Shown piece after piece: positions 33,788 through 42,791 of a stretch of 49,554 nucleotides of DNA. Source of the stretch: a virus (taxonomy: Duplodnaviria; Caudoviricetes); IMG/VR virus record IMGVR_UViG_3300035002_000027, positions 1 to 49,554 of that record, one strand, 5' to 3'. Position numbers and translations under genes: made by a program. Position 1 is the stretch's first letter. Each line of letters begins with the position of its first letter. The notes beneath the pieces were generated by a model. The model saw only the letters and a list, made by a program, of their open reading frames with translations. It was not told where the DNA came from and ran no database searches.

Positions 33788-35767
33788 TTATGCAGCAAGT
33801 GCCCGAACCTTCGCCTCAAACCAGGCTTTCGGGATTTTGGGCGTGACAGAGTTGCCGATGAATTTTTTCTGTTTTTCCTGACTGCCCAGCAACACGTAGT
33901 CGTCGGGAAAGCCCTGAATACGCTTCAGTTCGCGCACCTTCAGCATCCGCATGTAGATGGCCGCGATGCCAAACCGGGCCATGAACGCCTTGATTCGCCG
34001 CGTGGCCGGGCTGTCGGTTTCGTAGACGAGAATGGCGACCTCGCCGGTTTCGGTGGTGAACAGGTAGTTCCAGTGCCGGTCGGCGGTGATGGTCGGCGAG
34101 GGTTTTTCCAGTCCGTGCAGCTCGCGCCCGAAGTGGGTGCTCATCAGGTAATGATGGTTGCCAGTGAGCAGCGTTGGAGCCGGGCGGTCGAGGCCATGCC
34201 CTTCGTTGTGGTGGTTGTTGGTCAGCAACCAATCCGACTGAACGACGCTCACCCGGTCGCGGGTGGTGAGCGTGCTGCATACTTCGTCAGAGGCGAACGT
34301 GTTTTCGCCCGTGCCGTGGTATTTCATGCAGAACGGTTCGGGGGTCACGAGGTTCTGAGGGGCCTTCCCGTGAGCGGCCAGAATCGTAGGTGCGGGTTTG
34401 TCAAGGGAATGGGACTGCCCACCCCACTGCGATTCACTGATGAACGGCTCGGGCGTGACCAAACTCTGGCAGTTGTTGGTTCGCACCGTCAGGCACGGCT
34501 CATCGAGCGATTTGTTGCGGTGCTCAGGCGAACCGCCGTAGTAGTTCATCACGAACGGTTCGGGCGAAACCAGAGCCGTGCCGTCGGCGGTGGTGACGGT
34601 ACGCGCCGGGCGGTCGGTTTTGTAGGTGCCATCGGCAACCGACGAGGTAGCGAAAATCTGGGCAAGGAACGGCTCCGGACTAACGAGCGCCTGATTGTCG
34701 GACGTGGTGACAACGCGGCCCGTTGAATCGACCGGGTACGACTTGGCCGAAGGCAGGCCCCCGTTCGACTGCATCACGAAGGGTTCGGCCTGAACCAATG
34801 CGTGTGAATCCACGCACGTCAGGGCACCCGATGGCCCGTCAATCGTCAGATTTTTGCTCTCGGGGTGACCTGAGTAGTATTTACTCAGAAACTCCGGTTT
34901 CCCGCCCGCGACGTGCTTCCAAAGCCCGGCCTCAATCCGCTCCAGGGTTTTTTCTTTCAGGGGAATTTTCCGGCTGAAAATGTTCTCGCCCTTGTCGTCG
35001 AGGTCCAGGCAGGGCCGGACGGGTTTCCACTTTTTCAGCTTTTTCCCGAAAAGCGCACCCGACTTTTCGGGGTCTTTGGCGTGGGTCGGTTCGGGGAACA
35101 CGATGGGCAGGCCGGTGCGGGCGAAGCAACCGAACAGGCGGATGCGGCTGGTGTGTTCGCCGTAGTCGGCACTGTTGAGCAGCCGGGCGTCGTAGCGGTA
35201 GCCCAGCGATTCAATGTCGGAAACCCAACGCAGGTAGTCGCGACCTTTGGTGCGGTGTTCGGGCTTGCCGTTGATGAGCGGCCCCCAGGCCATGAATTCC
35301 CGTACGTTCTCGATGGTCACGTAGTCGGGGTTCAGGCGCTGCACGTAGCCGTCCCAAAGCCACTTGCCCGAACCGGGCACTTCCTCGTACCGGTACAGGC
35401 AATCGGCCAGCGCCCGGCTGTCGGCGTCGCGCTCGGCTCCGCCTTTGGCGTTGGAAAAGTTGGTGCATTCGAGGGAAAAATGACAAACGATTTTCGCGTT
35501 GGGAAACCGTTTTTTGGCCTCGACGAGCACCTGCCGGATTTTCTCAATCACGCCCCGGTCGCGGACGTCCTCGTAAAAGTGGACGGTGAGAGGGTGGTTG
35601 ATTTCATGGGAGCGGAGGGCGTCTTTGTCGTGATTGAGGCCGACGGCAACCCAAACCAACGGGTTGCCGTTTTCGTCACGAGCCTGTTCGGCCCCTTCAG
35701 TGAAACCGCCTGCACCGCAGAGGAAATCGACGACGATGTAGCGCGGGGTGAAATCGGGAAACTGCAT
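33788..35767 (-). CDS. dcm: DNA (cytosine-5) methyltransferase with a tandem-repeat variable region
   Basis: Motif I CGAGG, catalytic SLECTNFS, ENV, TSRIRLF, RMLKVRELKRIQGFPDDY, IGNSV. Confidence 0.92.
   Translation of the reverse strand: MQFPDFTPRYIVVDFLCGAGGFTEGAEQARDENGNPLVWVAVGLNHDKDALRSHEINHPLTVHFYEDVRDRGVIEKIRQVLVEAKKRFPNAKIVCHFSLECTNFSNAKGGAERDADSRALADCLYRYEEVPGSGKWLWDGYVQRLNPDYVTIENVREFMAWGPLINGKPEHRTKGRDYLRWVSDIESLGYRYDARLLNSADYGEHTSRIRLFGCFARTGLPIVFPEPTHAKDPEKSGALFGKKLKKWKPVRPCLDLDDKGENIFSRKIPLKEKTLERIEAGLWKHVAGGKPEFLSKYYSGHPESKNLTIDGPSGALTCVDSHALVQAEPFVMQSNGGLPSAKSYPVDSTGRVVTTSDNQALVSPEPFLAQIFATSSVADGTYKTDRPARTVTTADGTALVSPEPFVMNYYGGSPEHRNKSLDEPCLTVRTNNCQSLVTPEPFISESQWGGQSHSLDKPAPTILAAHGKAPQNLVTPEPFCMKYHGTGENTFASDEVCSTLTTRDRVSVVQSDWLLTNNHHNEGHGLDRPAPTLLTGNHHYLMSTHFGRELHGLEKPSPTITADRHWNYLFTTETGEVAILVYETDSPATRRIKAFMARFGIAAIYMRMLKVRELKRIQGFPDDYVLLGSQEKQKKFIGNSVTPKIPKAWFEAKVRALAA
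34070..34890 (-). repeat. About eight degenerate repeats of roughly 35 aa in the MTase variable region
   Basis: Recurring (P)EPF...S(L/V)D(R/E/K)PxxT(V/I/L)T...LV unit. Boundaries approximate. Confidence 0.75.
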
Positions 35768-35785
35768 GGGAAACGGGGGTAGATT

Positions 35786-36043
35786 TTACGATTTGGGTTC
35801 AAACTGCCCGCAGGCGGGGTAGCGGCTGGAGTGGTCGGTGGAGGCGCTGCCCGTGTCGCCACGCTTGGCGCATTTGGGGTAGGCCGAAGCCAGCCGCCGG
35901 AAGTAATGGTGCTTGCAAGCTCCGCACTTGGTGCCCTCTGGGCCGGTGCCCCAGACGGCAATGCAGGGGTTTACCTTCGGGCGGCCCTTTGTTTTCAAGG
36001 GGGCGTGAACTTCGCCGCCGAACAAATCCTCGCCGATTTTCAT
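35786..36043 (-). CDS. Small Cys-rich hypothetical protein
   Basis: GPEGTKCGACKH...YPKC...TDH...PAC; ATG 36043. Confidence 0.7.
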   Translation of the reverse strand: MKIGEDLFGGEVHAPLKTKGRPKVNPCIAVWGTGPEGTKCGACKHHYFRRLASAYPKCAKRGDTGSASTDHSSRYPACGQFEPKS

Positions 36044-36093
36044 AGTTGGAAATTTGATTGAATTTACGAATTTGAAATCAGGCAATCAACCGG

Positions 36094-36972
36094 TTAGGCG
36101 CGGCGGCTGGGGGCGTCGGGCGAGAAACTCAGGTCGTTGAACATTTCGCGGAAGCGGTCGAGCAGGCGGCCGTCGTAGGCGGCTGCCAGTTCGTCGTCGC
36201 GGCCTTCCTTCATGGCGTTTGTGGTGACGAACGTGGAGGTGAACAGCCGCCGCTGGTAGCGCTCAAACAGGATGTCTTCGCAGACGCTACGGACGTTGCC
36301 GAAGCGGTTGATTTCGGGTTCGGTGCCCAAATCGTCGAGGCACAGCCCGGCGAAGCGGTGGCCCCAGTACCCGTTGTCGGCGTAGGGCGACCAGGGCACG
36401 GGCTTGTTGACGTAGTAGCGCTCCAGGATGGCCTCGGCCTCGTCTTCCTTGCGGGCGGCGCGGTACTGGGCGGCAATCTGTTTGCAGGGCACGACAATCA
36501 GCGACTGCACGGGGTTGACGGCGAAAATCTCCATCAGCACCGTTTTGCCCGTGCCCTTCGGCCCACGGAGCAGGATGCCTTTGCGGGGATTGAGGCCCGC
36601 TTTCTCGGCTTCGCCGGCGAAGTAGTAGGCGAGCTGGCGAATAATTTCGCGGTTGTGGGCATCGGCGGCGAAGGGCTTTTCCCATTTTTCGAGCGTGGCG
36701 ATTTCCTGACCGGCTTCGATGGCCATCCGGAACGCCTCCTCGCCGGTGATGGTGGGGTACTCGTACACCGAGGCGAGTTTGGCGGCGTACTCGCTGTTTT
36801 TTTCGCGGAAATACTTCGCCCGGCGCAGGGCCTCAATTTCTTCGGGCGTCAGTTCGGGCAGGCTGGGCGGCTGGGCATTGGCCGCCGCGTCACTTTCCGA
36901 GTAGGCTGGTCCGGCCGCTGCGGCGAGCAGGGCGGAAACCGCCAGAGCTTGATTTTTGCGTTTGGTTTCCAT
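36094..36972 (-). CDS. DnaC/IstB-like AAA+ ATPase (helicase loader)
   Basis: Walker A GPKGTGKT, Walker B LCLDDLGTE, TTN, DRFREMFN; follows the initiator. Confidence 0.9.
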   Translation of the reverse strand: METKRKNQALAVSALLAAAAGPAYSESDAAANAQPPSLPELTPEEIEALRRAKYFREKNSEYAAKLASVYEYPTITGEEAFRMAIEAGQEIATLEKWEKPFAADAHNREIIRQLAYYFAGEAEKAGLNPRKGILLRGPKGTGKTVLMEIFAVNPVQSLIVVPCKQIAAQYRAARKEDEAEAILERYYVNKPVPWSPYADNGYWGHRFAGLCLDDLGTEPEINRFGNVRSVCEDILFERYQRRLFTSTFVTTNAMKEGRDDELAAAYDGRLLDRFREMFNDLSFSPDAPSRRA

Positions 36973-37924
36973 CGGTGCGGGGTTTGGAGTTTAGGGGTGC
37001 TTTGGGAATCCAGTTTCGGCAGTGGTTCCGGCAGTCGGTGGCATCGGCCCACGGTCCGCCGGGCAGTTGTTGTTTGGTATCGGCCCGAACGGCAAGAAAC
37101 TGGTCGACGACCGACTCGAGCGGGGGGCGTTCGCGGCCCAGGTTGCGCCAGGCGTTGGCGACCTGTTCGGAGGTAAGCAGCATGGCCCGGATGCTGTCGC
37201 GGGTGCCTTCGGGTTCCGGGGATGGAGCTTCCTGTTGGGATTTGAACTCGGCTGCGTTTCGCTCGATGCGTTCCCGTTCGGCTTTCCGCCATTCGGGTTC
37301 ATCGTCCGAAAAATTTTCTGAAAAATCCTCCTCGTGCGTGTGCGCGTCGGTCGGTCGGTCGGATCTGTCTTTTTCTTCCTCTTTTCTAGTCTTATTATTG
37401 TGTGAAGTTTTTTCACAGGGGGGGTGAAGTTTTTTCACACCCTCGGGGGCGGTTTCGCCCTCTTGGTGTGAAAAGTTTTCACACCTTTCGGGCATACCCT
37501 GTGAAGAAACTTCACACCCTTCGCCCTCTTGGTGTGAAAAGTTTTCACACCCCGGCGCGGCTCCCTGTGAAGTTTTTTCACACCCTACCGAATTGGTCGG
37601 GCTTTGGTGTGAAGTTTTTTCACACCCATTCACGGCGGCGCGGGCAGTTTCGACGGCCTTTTTCCATTTCAAAGTTGTGCGCAGGTGGTCGCGCTCGTTT
37701 CGTTCGACCAGACCAAAACGCTCCAGTAGCTGAACAATGCCGATGATGGCTCGGCGCGTCATCGCCATTTCATCGGCCATATTGCCGCGCGATTCGTTGC
37801 ACCAGCCCGGAACGGGGGAATCGGGGTTGCCCGAAAGCAGGTCAATCATATCGGCAACGCAGTATTCACTGCACGATAATCCGAGTTGCTTTCGGGCGGA
37901 ATGAAATACGGAACTATACCGCAT
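36890..37924 (-). CDS. Replication initiator protein (lambda O-like organisation)
   Basis: N-terminal winged-HTH-like region, central CEKTSH/CENFSH repeats encoded by iterons, followed by a loader ATPase. Confidence 0.85.
   Translation of the reverse strand: MRYSSVFHSARKQLGLSCSEYCVADMIDLLSGNPDSPVPGWCNESRGNMADEMAMTRRAIIGIVQLLERFGLVERNERDHLRTTLKWKKAVETARAAVNGCEKTSHQSPTNSVGCEKTSQGAAPGCENFSHQEGEGCEVSSQGMPERCENFSHQEGETAPEGVKKLHPPCEKTSHNNKTRKEEEKDRSDRPTDAHTHEEDFSENFSDDEPEWRKAERERIERNAAEFKSQQEAPSPEPEGTRDSIRAMLLTSEQVANAWRNLGRERPPLESVVDQFLAVRADTKQQLPGGPWADATDCRNHCRNWIPKAPLNSKPRTDGNQTQKSSSGGFRPARRSGRTSLLGK
37402..37623. repeat. Seven palindromic iterons GTGAA-N5-TTCAC (putative replication origin)
   Basis: Cores start at 37402, 37424, 37468, 37501, 37534, 37567 and 37609; adjacent strand-asymmetric AT-rich tract at about 37364-37400. 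Confidence 0.85.
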
Positions 37925-38537
37925 TTTGCAGGTAGTTTTTAATGGTGGTCAGGTCGCAGTCGTCGAGGGTAAACCACTCGCCGCGCAGCCGCTTGTGGGA
38001 AAACATTTCGTGTAATTCCTTTTCGTGTTTCCCGTCGCCACGATAGGAAAAAAGCAACTCAATTTCAGGCTCTTCGCTCTGCAACGTTTTTTCGCGCAAG
38101 GCGGGATTTTTTGAGTAACCGATTTTGTGATAACCGTTGCGGTGGTTGATGGCAACATACACCCACCGAAGGCAATCGGGTTGTGCTTTAGGCTGTTGGC
38201 GCGTTTCCCAGTCTTTGATTTTCCGGTCGGTTTCGCGCCGCTCCTTTTCGGCGCGATTGATGTTGGCTGCCCAATCGTCCCATTTTGGGCCGTCGTATTT
38301 TCGTTTAATTTTTCGGATAACCTTAGCAAAATCCGAGAGCCTATTTTCAAGATTGGCCAATTCTTCGGCGTTCAAAACCATCCCCTGGTAATTGAGAAAA
38401 ACCGGGATTCCCGCCGATGTTGCCGTGTAAAACTCAAAAGCTCTTAACCTCTCGGTTCTGTCAATCTCATCCAGATTGGCTTGCCATTTTTTTAGAAACT
38501 CGGAATACTCAGGGCGGGGCTTTGGGTTGGTTGCCAT
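37914..38537 (-). CDS. GIY-YIG / T5orf172-like domain protein
   Basis: WVYVA...YHKIGYSKNP..REKTLQ...EKELHEMFSHKRLRGEWF; AT-richer than the flanks. Confidence 0.88.
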   Translation of the reverse strand: MATNPKPRPEYSEFLKKWQANLDEIDRTERLRAFEFYTATSAGIPVFLNYQGMVLNAEELANLENRLSDFAKVIRKIKRKYDGPKWDDWAANINRAEKERRETDRKIKDWETRQQPKAQPDCLRWVYVAINHRNGYHKIGYSKNPALREKTLQSEEPEIELLFSYRGDGKHEKELHEMFSHKRLRGEWFTLDDCDLTTIKNYLQNAV

Positions 38538-38550
38538 AGTCGTAAAAGGC

Positions 38551-38690
38551 AAAAAGAAACCCCCGCACTGCTACCACACAGATACGGGGGTTGGAAACGA
38601 TTCCAAGAGGATTGTTCGCCGGGGTCGTGTGGTAGGCCGACTCTGCGAACGCAGCAAGATTTTCCCGCCGGGCGCACGTCGCCGGGCATG
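38551..38690 (-). ncRNA. Structured leader RNA with complementary loops and a terminator-like hairpin
   Basis: Hairpin 38558-38592 with a U-rich tail on the minus strand and loop UGUGGUAG; upstream hairpin loop contains CUACCACA (38628-38635). Confidence 0.55.
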
Positions 38691-38709
38691 ACAAAACAAA
38701 GGAAGCCAG

Positions 38710-38743
38710 CAAAATTGAAAATTTCAACAAATTTTCAATTTTG
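38710..38743. promoter_or_regulatory. Palindromic operator-like site, copy 3 (perfect 15-4-15)
   Basis: CAAAATTGAAAATTT-CAAC-AAATTTTCAATTTTG. Confidence 0.75.
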
Positions 38744-38837
38744 AACCGATTCAGGTTTTCGGTTTTGGCGGCGGGTACCCAGATGCCGGTAAATCGTTTC
38801 ATTTCGTGGTAGGTGGTGGCGGGCGGTGCTGAAGCCC

Positions 38838-41048
38838 TCAAACGAACAGCGCCAGTTGTTGCTTGGACTGCTCGGCTTTGGCGACGTTGCGCACCATGAC
38901 GTCGAAATACGAATCCTTCAATTCGCAGGCGATGGCCCTACGTCCGTTCTTGACGGCCATGTATGCTTCAGAGCCGATGCCACCGAAGGGCGTCAGTACC
39001 GTTTCGCCCGGATTGCTCCAGAGGTTGACGAGGCGGTGAATGACCTCCAGTTGCAGCGGGGCGATGTGCTTTTCGTCGCCCATGTCGGTGCCCTCCTTGC
39101 CGTTCAGAACGTCCGTGCGCTTGATGTCCATCCAGACGGGCGAGGCCCAACGCTGCCAGGTATCGAGGGGGAAATTCTGACGGGTGATGTGGTTCACCGG
39201 CTCCCAATCTTCCTCGTTGCCTTCCCACTTTCGGAAAATGGTCACGTATTCGGCCATGCCGATGCCGGTGTAGCTCGAGTCGGTCGTGAGGGTTTTGTAG
39301 AGCAGCCGCTGGGTTTTGGTGCGCTGCATTTCCAGTACCGGGTCGCACCAGATTGTAATTTTTGAGTGGAGTTTGAAGCCTGCTTCCTGCACGGCGCGGG
39401 TGTGTTCGGCCGTGAAATCGTACATGCCCGTGAAGCCGCTGGAATTCTTGTAAACACCCAAATCCTTCGTGTGACAGGCAATCAGTCGTCCGGGCATCAT
39501 GATGCGGTAGATTTCCCGAAGCAGGTAGGCGTATTGCTCGAAAAAAGCCTCGTGGCTTGCGTTGTTGCCCATGTCGTGCACGTAATTCGAGTACGTGAAT
39601 AGGGACGAAAACGGCGGACTCCAGACGCCGAATCCAGCGCTGTTGTCAGGCACGCGGCGAAGTTCCTGGCAACTGTCGCCCTTCATAAGCCAGGCGCTTT
39701 CGGTGCGTACCTCCCGAAACTCGTACTCGCTCAAAAGGCCGTACTTGTTGCCATTGAGGTACTTGCCTACCTCCGTGCGGAGTTCGTCAAACTGGCGCTG
39801 TTTCTGGCGAATGGCGGCACTGACGTTTTCCATCGTATCGGTCGAGACGAGGTAGACGTTGACGGGCCGGGTCTGGCCAAACCGGTACGAGCGGCGAATG
39901 GCCTGGTACTCGCCCTCGAAACTGAAATCGAGCGAGGCAAATACCTGGTTAGCGCAATGCTGGTAATTGAGGCCGAACTGGGCGATTTTGGTTTTGGTGA
40001 CGAGCACCCGAAACTCACCACGGGCGAAGCCCAGTAGCCGGGCCTCCTTCACTTCGGGCGGCATGGAGCCGCGCACCTCGACGGCGTCAGGGATGAGGCG
40101 GCAAACCTCCTCGGCCTCCTCGTTTTGTTTTACCCAGACGATGAACGGTTCGTCGGAGTGATTGACGATGGCGGCCGCCTCGGTCAGGCGCTCGACTTTG
40201 GTCAGGCGCAGTTCGGCGTTGTAGTTGGTGGCGCTCACAGCCACGTCGTTGAACAGCCGCCCTCCGGAGCGGTTTTCGGTCTGGATGAACCGTTCGATGA
40301 GGTTGAGGGCGGGCAAGTCGTAACCCTCCATCGGAAAGCCGATGTCGTGGGGCCTCGACAGCATCACCGACCAAGAGGCAATCCAGCCGTAGAAATCGGC
40401 TTTGGCGTGGGCCTTCAGGCGGTAGTTGTTCATGCCTTCGTCGCGCACGAACCACTTGGCGCGCATATCCTGGGCGTCGAGCACGCCCAAAAATTCGGAG
40501 TGGTTGCCAATTTCGTTCAAGTCGTTGGGGGCGGGCGTGGCCGTGCAACAGAGTTTGTAGGGCGTTTCGGCGAAGGCCTCCAGCAGGGCGCGTTTGGTCA
40601 CGCCCGTGAAGTTTTTCAGGATGCTGGACTCGTCGAGCACCACCCCGGCGAAATCATCCGTCGGCACGTTGTCTAATTGCTCGTAATTGATGACGTACAC
40701 GCCTTCCGGCACCGAGGCGAGCGTGTGCATTTCGGGAAGGAAGCGCGTGACCGGGACGCCGAACTTTTCGCCTTCTTTCACCGTCTGGCCCGCCACGGCC
40801 AGCGGGCAGAGAATGAGTACGGGCTGGCCGGTGAAGCGGACTACCTCGCCCGCCCAAACGAGCTGCATGAGGGTTTTGCCCAGGCCGCAATCGGCGAACA
40901 GGGCGAAGCGGCCCGCCATCAGGGCGCGGGCCACGAGGTGGCGCTGAAACGGAAAGAGGTGCGTGTTGAGCGTACCGGGATTAACCTCGAAACCGGCGTC
41001 GGCAACGCGGGTTTGTTTTCGCTCCAAAAGCTGGGTGTACTCGTTCAT
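38838..41048 (-). CDS. SF2/SNF2-like helicase fused to a DNA N4-C/N6-A methyltransferase
   Basis: Walker A ADCGLGKT, LDESS, TATPAPN, GLNYQH, QAIRRSYRFGQ; MTase SPPF and TPFGGIGS motifs. ATG 41048. Confidence 0.9.
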   Translation of the reverse strand: MNEYTQLLERKQTRVADAGFEVNPGTLNTHLFPFQRHLVARALMAGRFALFADCGLGKTLMQLVWAGEVVRFTGQPVLILCPLAVAGQTVKEGEKFGVPVTRFLPEMHTLASVPEGVYVINYEQLDNVPTDDFAGVVLDESSILKNFTGVTKRALLEAFAETPYKLCCTATPAPNDLNEIGNHSEFLGVLDAQDMRAKWFVRDEGMNNYRLKAHAKADFYGWIASWSVMLSRPHDIGFPMEGYDLPALNLIERFIQTENRSGGRLFNDVAVSATNYNAELRLTKVERLTEAAAIVNHSDEPFIVWVKQNEEAEEVCRLIPDAVEVRGSMPPEVKEARLLGFARGEFRVLVTKTKIAQFGLNYQHCANQVFASLDFSFEGEYQAIRRSYRFGQTRPVNVYLVSTDTMENVSAAIRQKQRQFDELRTEVGKYLNGNKYGLLSEYEFREVRTESAWLMKGDSCQELRRVPDNSAGFGVWSPPFSSLFTYSNYVHDMGNNASHEAFFEQYAYLLREIYRIMMPGRLIACHTKDLGVYKNSSGFTGMYDFTAEHTRAVQEAGFKLHSKITIWCDPVLEMQRTKTQRLLYKTLTTDSSYTGIGMAEYVTIFRKWEGNEEDWEPVNHITRQNFPLDTWQRWASPVWMDIKRTDVLNGKEGTDMGDEKHIAPLQLEVIHRLVNLWSNPGETVLTPFGGIGSEAYMAVKNGRRAIACELKDSYFDVMVRNVAKAEQSKQQLALFV

Positions 41049-41073
41049 GGTGAAAACTTGGTCAGGTTGCTGG

Positions 41074-41679
41074 CTACTCGATTTCAGAAAGTTCATTCAG
41101 CGCCCGGCGCACGATGGCGCGGGCTTTGGGGGTGTCGGGGGCGTTGATGTTGGTCGAAATCCAAACCAAGTCGCTGCCCGACCCGGCTGCATCCGGCTCC
41201 GCGATGTGGGCCGACAGGTGAACCCACAACCACTGGCGCGGAGCGCTCACGCACGGCGGCAGGTCGGCGTGCTCCTCCTGGATGCCCACGGCGGACGTCG
41301 GGCCGCTGAGCAGCGATTCGACGCCCTGCGGAATGACCGAATCGGCGGTGAGGATGTCGGCGCTGGCCTGCCGGACCACCTCGCGCACGGCCTCCGCGCC
41401 TTTTTCGACGGCCCGCTTTACCTGGGCGGGCGGCGTGGGCTTTTGCTCAGTAGGTGCCGGGGCTGGTTTCGCAACAGGTGGCACCAGCGCATCGGCAAGC
41501 GGATGGAGCTTGACGATGTGTTCGAGGTGGTCGGGTTGAGCCGAGCGGGGTCCGTCGGGCGTGGTGAAGGTGACAACGCCGTATTGGTCTACTTTGGCGA
41601 CGGCCAGAATGTCGGCTTCCCAGATTTCGCGGAATTTGCAGCGGTAGCCGACAAAGGATTCGGGTTTAGGCTTTGGCAT
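41074..41679 (-). CDS. Hypothetical protein with a Pro/Ala-rich linker
   Basis: 201-aa ORF in the leftward operon. Confidence 0.6.
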   Translation of the reverse strand: MPKPKPESFVGYRCKFREIWEADILAVAKVDQYGVVTFTTPDGPRSAQPDHLEHIVKLHPLADALVPPVAKPAPAPTEQKPTPPAQVKRAVEKGAEAVREVVRQASADILTADSVIPQGVESLLSGPTSAVGIQEEHADLPPCVSAPRQWLWVHLSAHIAEPDAAGSGSDLVWISTNINAPDTPKARAIVRRALNELSEIE

Positions 41680-41701
41680 GGTCAGGCTTGGGGGTTTCGG
41701 C

Positions 41702-41920
41702 CTACGCGGCGCGGTGTTTTTTCTTGAGCCGCCTGCGGCGCATTTCGCCCGGCGGCTGGCTGGTCAGGTGCCAGAACCCGCACTCGTGGCAGAGGTACGG
41801 GTGCTGGGCGACGACCTGGTAGGCTGAGGTGGGCAGCAGCGAGGCCAGGTGATGGAAGCGGACGGCCTCGGCCTCGCTGGTGAAGGGTTCCTTGCCGCAC
41901 ATGGGCACGAAGGCTTTCAT
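41702..41920 (-). CDS. Small phage zinc-binding protein
   Basis: CGKEPF...YLCHECGFWHLTS motif. Confidence 0.7.
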   Translation of the reverse strand: MKAFVPMCGKEPFTSEAEAVRFHHLASLLPTSAYQVVAQHPYLCHECGFWHLTSQPPGEMRRRRLKKKHRAA

Positions 41921-42660
41921 GGCTCCTCGTTGAAATCGACGGCTTTGGCAGTGGGGTAGCCCTTTTCGGCGGCGGTGGAGTCGGGGAGGGGGTCTTTTTT
42001 GCCTCGTTTCTTCGGTTCCGTTACCGCCGAAATCACCTTTGCCGCCTTGCCCGCATTGGAAAATTCCCGTTCGATTTCCTCCAGGTGTTCTTTTCCGAAC
42101 TTGATGTCAAGTTGGTCGGAAGGGTGGTCAAGGCCCTGATTGATGTAGTCGCAGACGACGGTTTCAAGCTCAGCCAGCACGTCCAGAAGGCCCGGCACGT
42201 AGCCCCACGGGCGGGGGTTGCTCTCCTCGTCTTCGGGGTTTTTCAAAAAATCGTCAACCTCGTTGCGGGTCAGCAACCGCACGGGCGACGTGGTGATGTC
42301 GATGTTGCCCCGGCGGGTGTACATCGACCCGAACAGAATGAGGCTCCGCCCGCCTTCCTTCTCGGATTTAATCTGGTAGCCCGAAATACTGAACCGCTCC
42401 CACTCGCGGGGGTGCAGCACCTGAATGGCCGCGTAGTCGCCTGCATCGGGGCGTTCGGGAACGGCGACGGCATCGACGAATTCCAGCAGGTAGGATTTCA
42501 AGTCGAGCAGGGCGTGGTAAAACGCCGCGCCGGGGTCGTGGCTGAATTTCGACTTCATCAGGGCGGGGTGGTAGCCGTCGCCCTGAAGGGCGGTGTAGTC
42601 GATGGCCAGGTGGTAGCCGTCGGGTACGTCGGTGCTGACGCGGGTGATTTGGTATTCCAT
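41917..42660 (-). CDS. Hypothetical acidic protein (247 aa)
   Basis: ATG 42660 (MEYQITRV); ATGA-coupled downstream. Confidence 0.7.
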   Translation of the reverse strand: MEYQITRVSTDVPDGYHLAIDYTALQGDGYHPALMKSKFSHDPGAAFYHALLDLKSYLLEFVDAVAVPERPDAGDYAAIQVLHPREWERFSISGYQIKSEKEGGRSLILFGSMYTRRGNIDITTSPVRLLTRNEVDDFLKNPEDEESNPRPWGYVPGLLDVLAELETVVCDYINQGLDHPSDQLDIKFGKEHLEEIEREFSNAGKAAKVISAVTEPKKRGKKDPLPDSTAAEKGYPTAKAVDFNEEP

Positions 42661-42683
42661 GATTTGAAGGGAAAAAGGGTGAA

Positions 42684-42791
42684 TCAGGACTTGTCTTTCG
42701 GCCCCCGCAGCAGCGGCCAGAAGGCCACGGAAGCCGCGATGAGCAGGGCGATTTTCAGCCCTCCGATGACGAGAGGATGAATCAGGCACAT
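42684..42791 (-). CDS. Possible 35-aa single-pass membrane peptide
   Basis: MCLIHPLVIGGLKIALLIAASVAFWPLLRGPKDKS, translated by hand; fills the gap between two genes. Confidence 0.45.
   Translation of the reverse strand: MCLIHPLVIGGLKIALLIAASVAFWPLLRGPKDKS

Noticed and set aside
37402-37623. Possible CRISPR array
   Set aside because: Repeats are only 15-21 bp with short irregular spacers, lie inside a coding gene, and no cas genes are present; iterons fit better.
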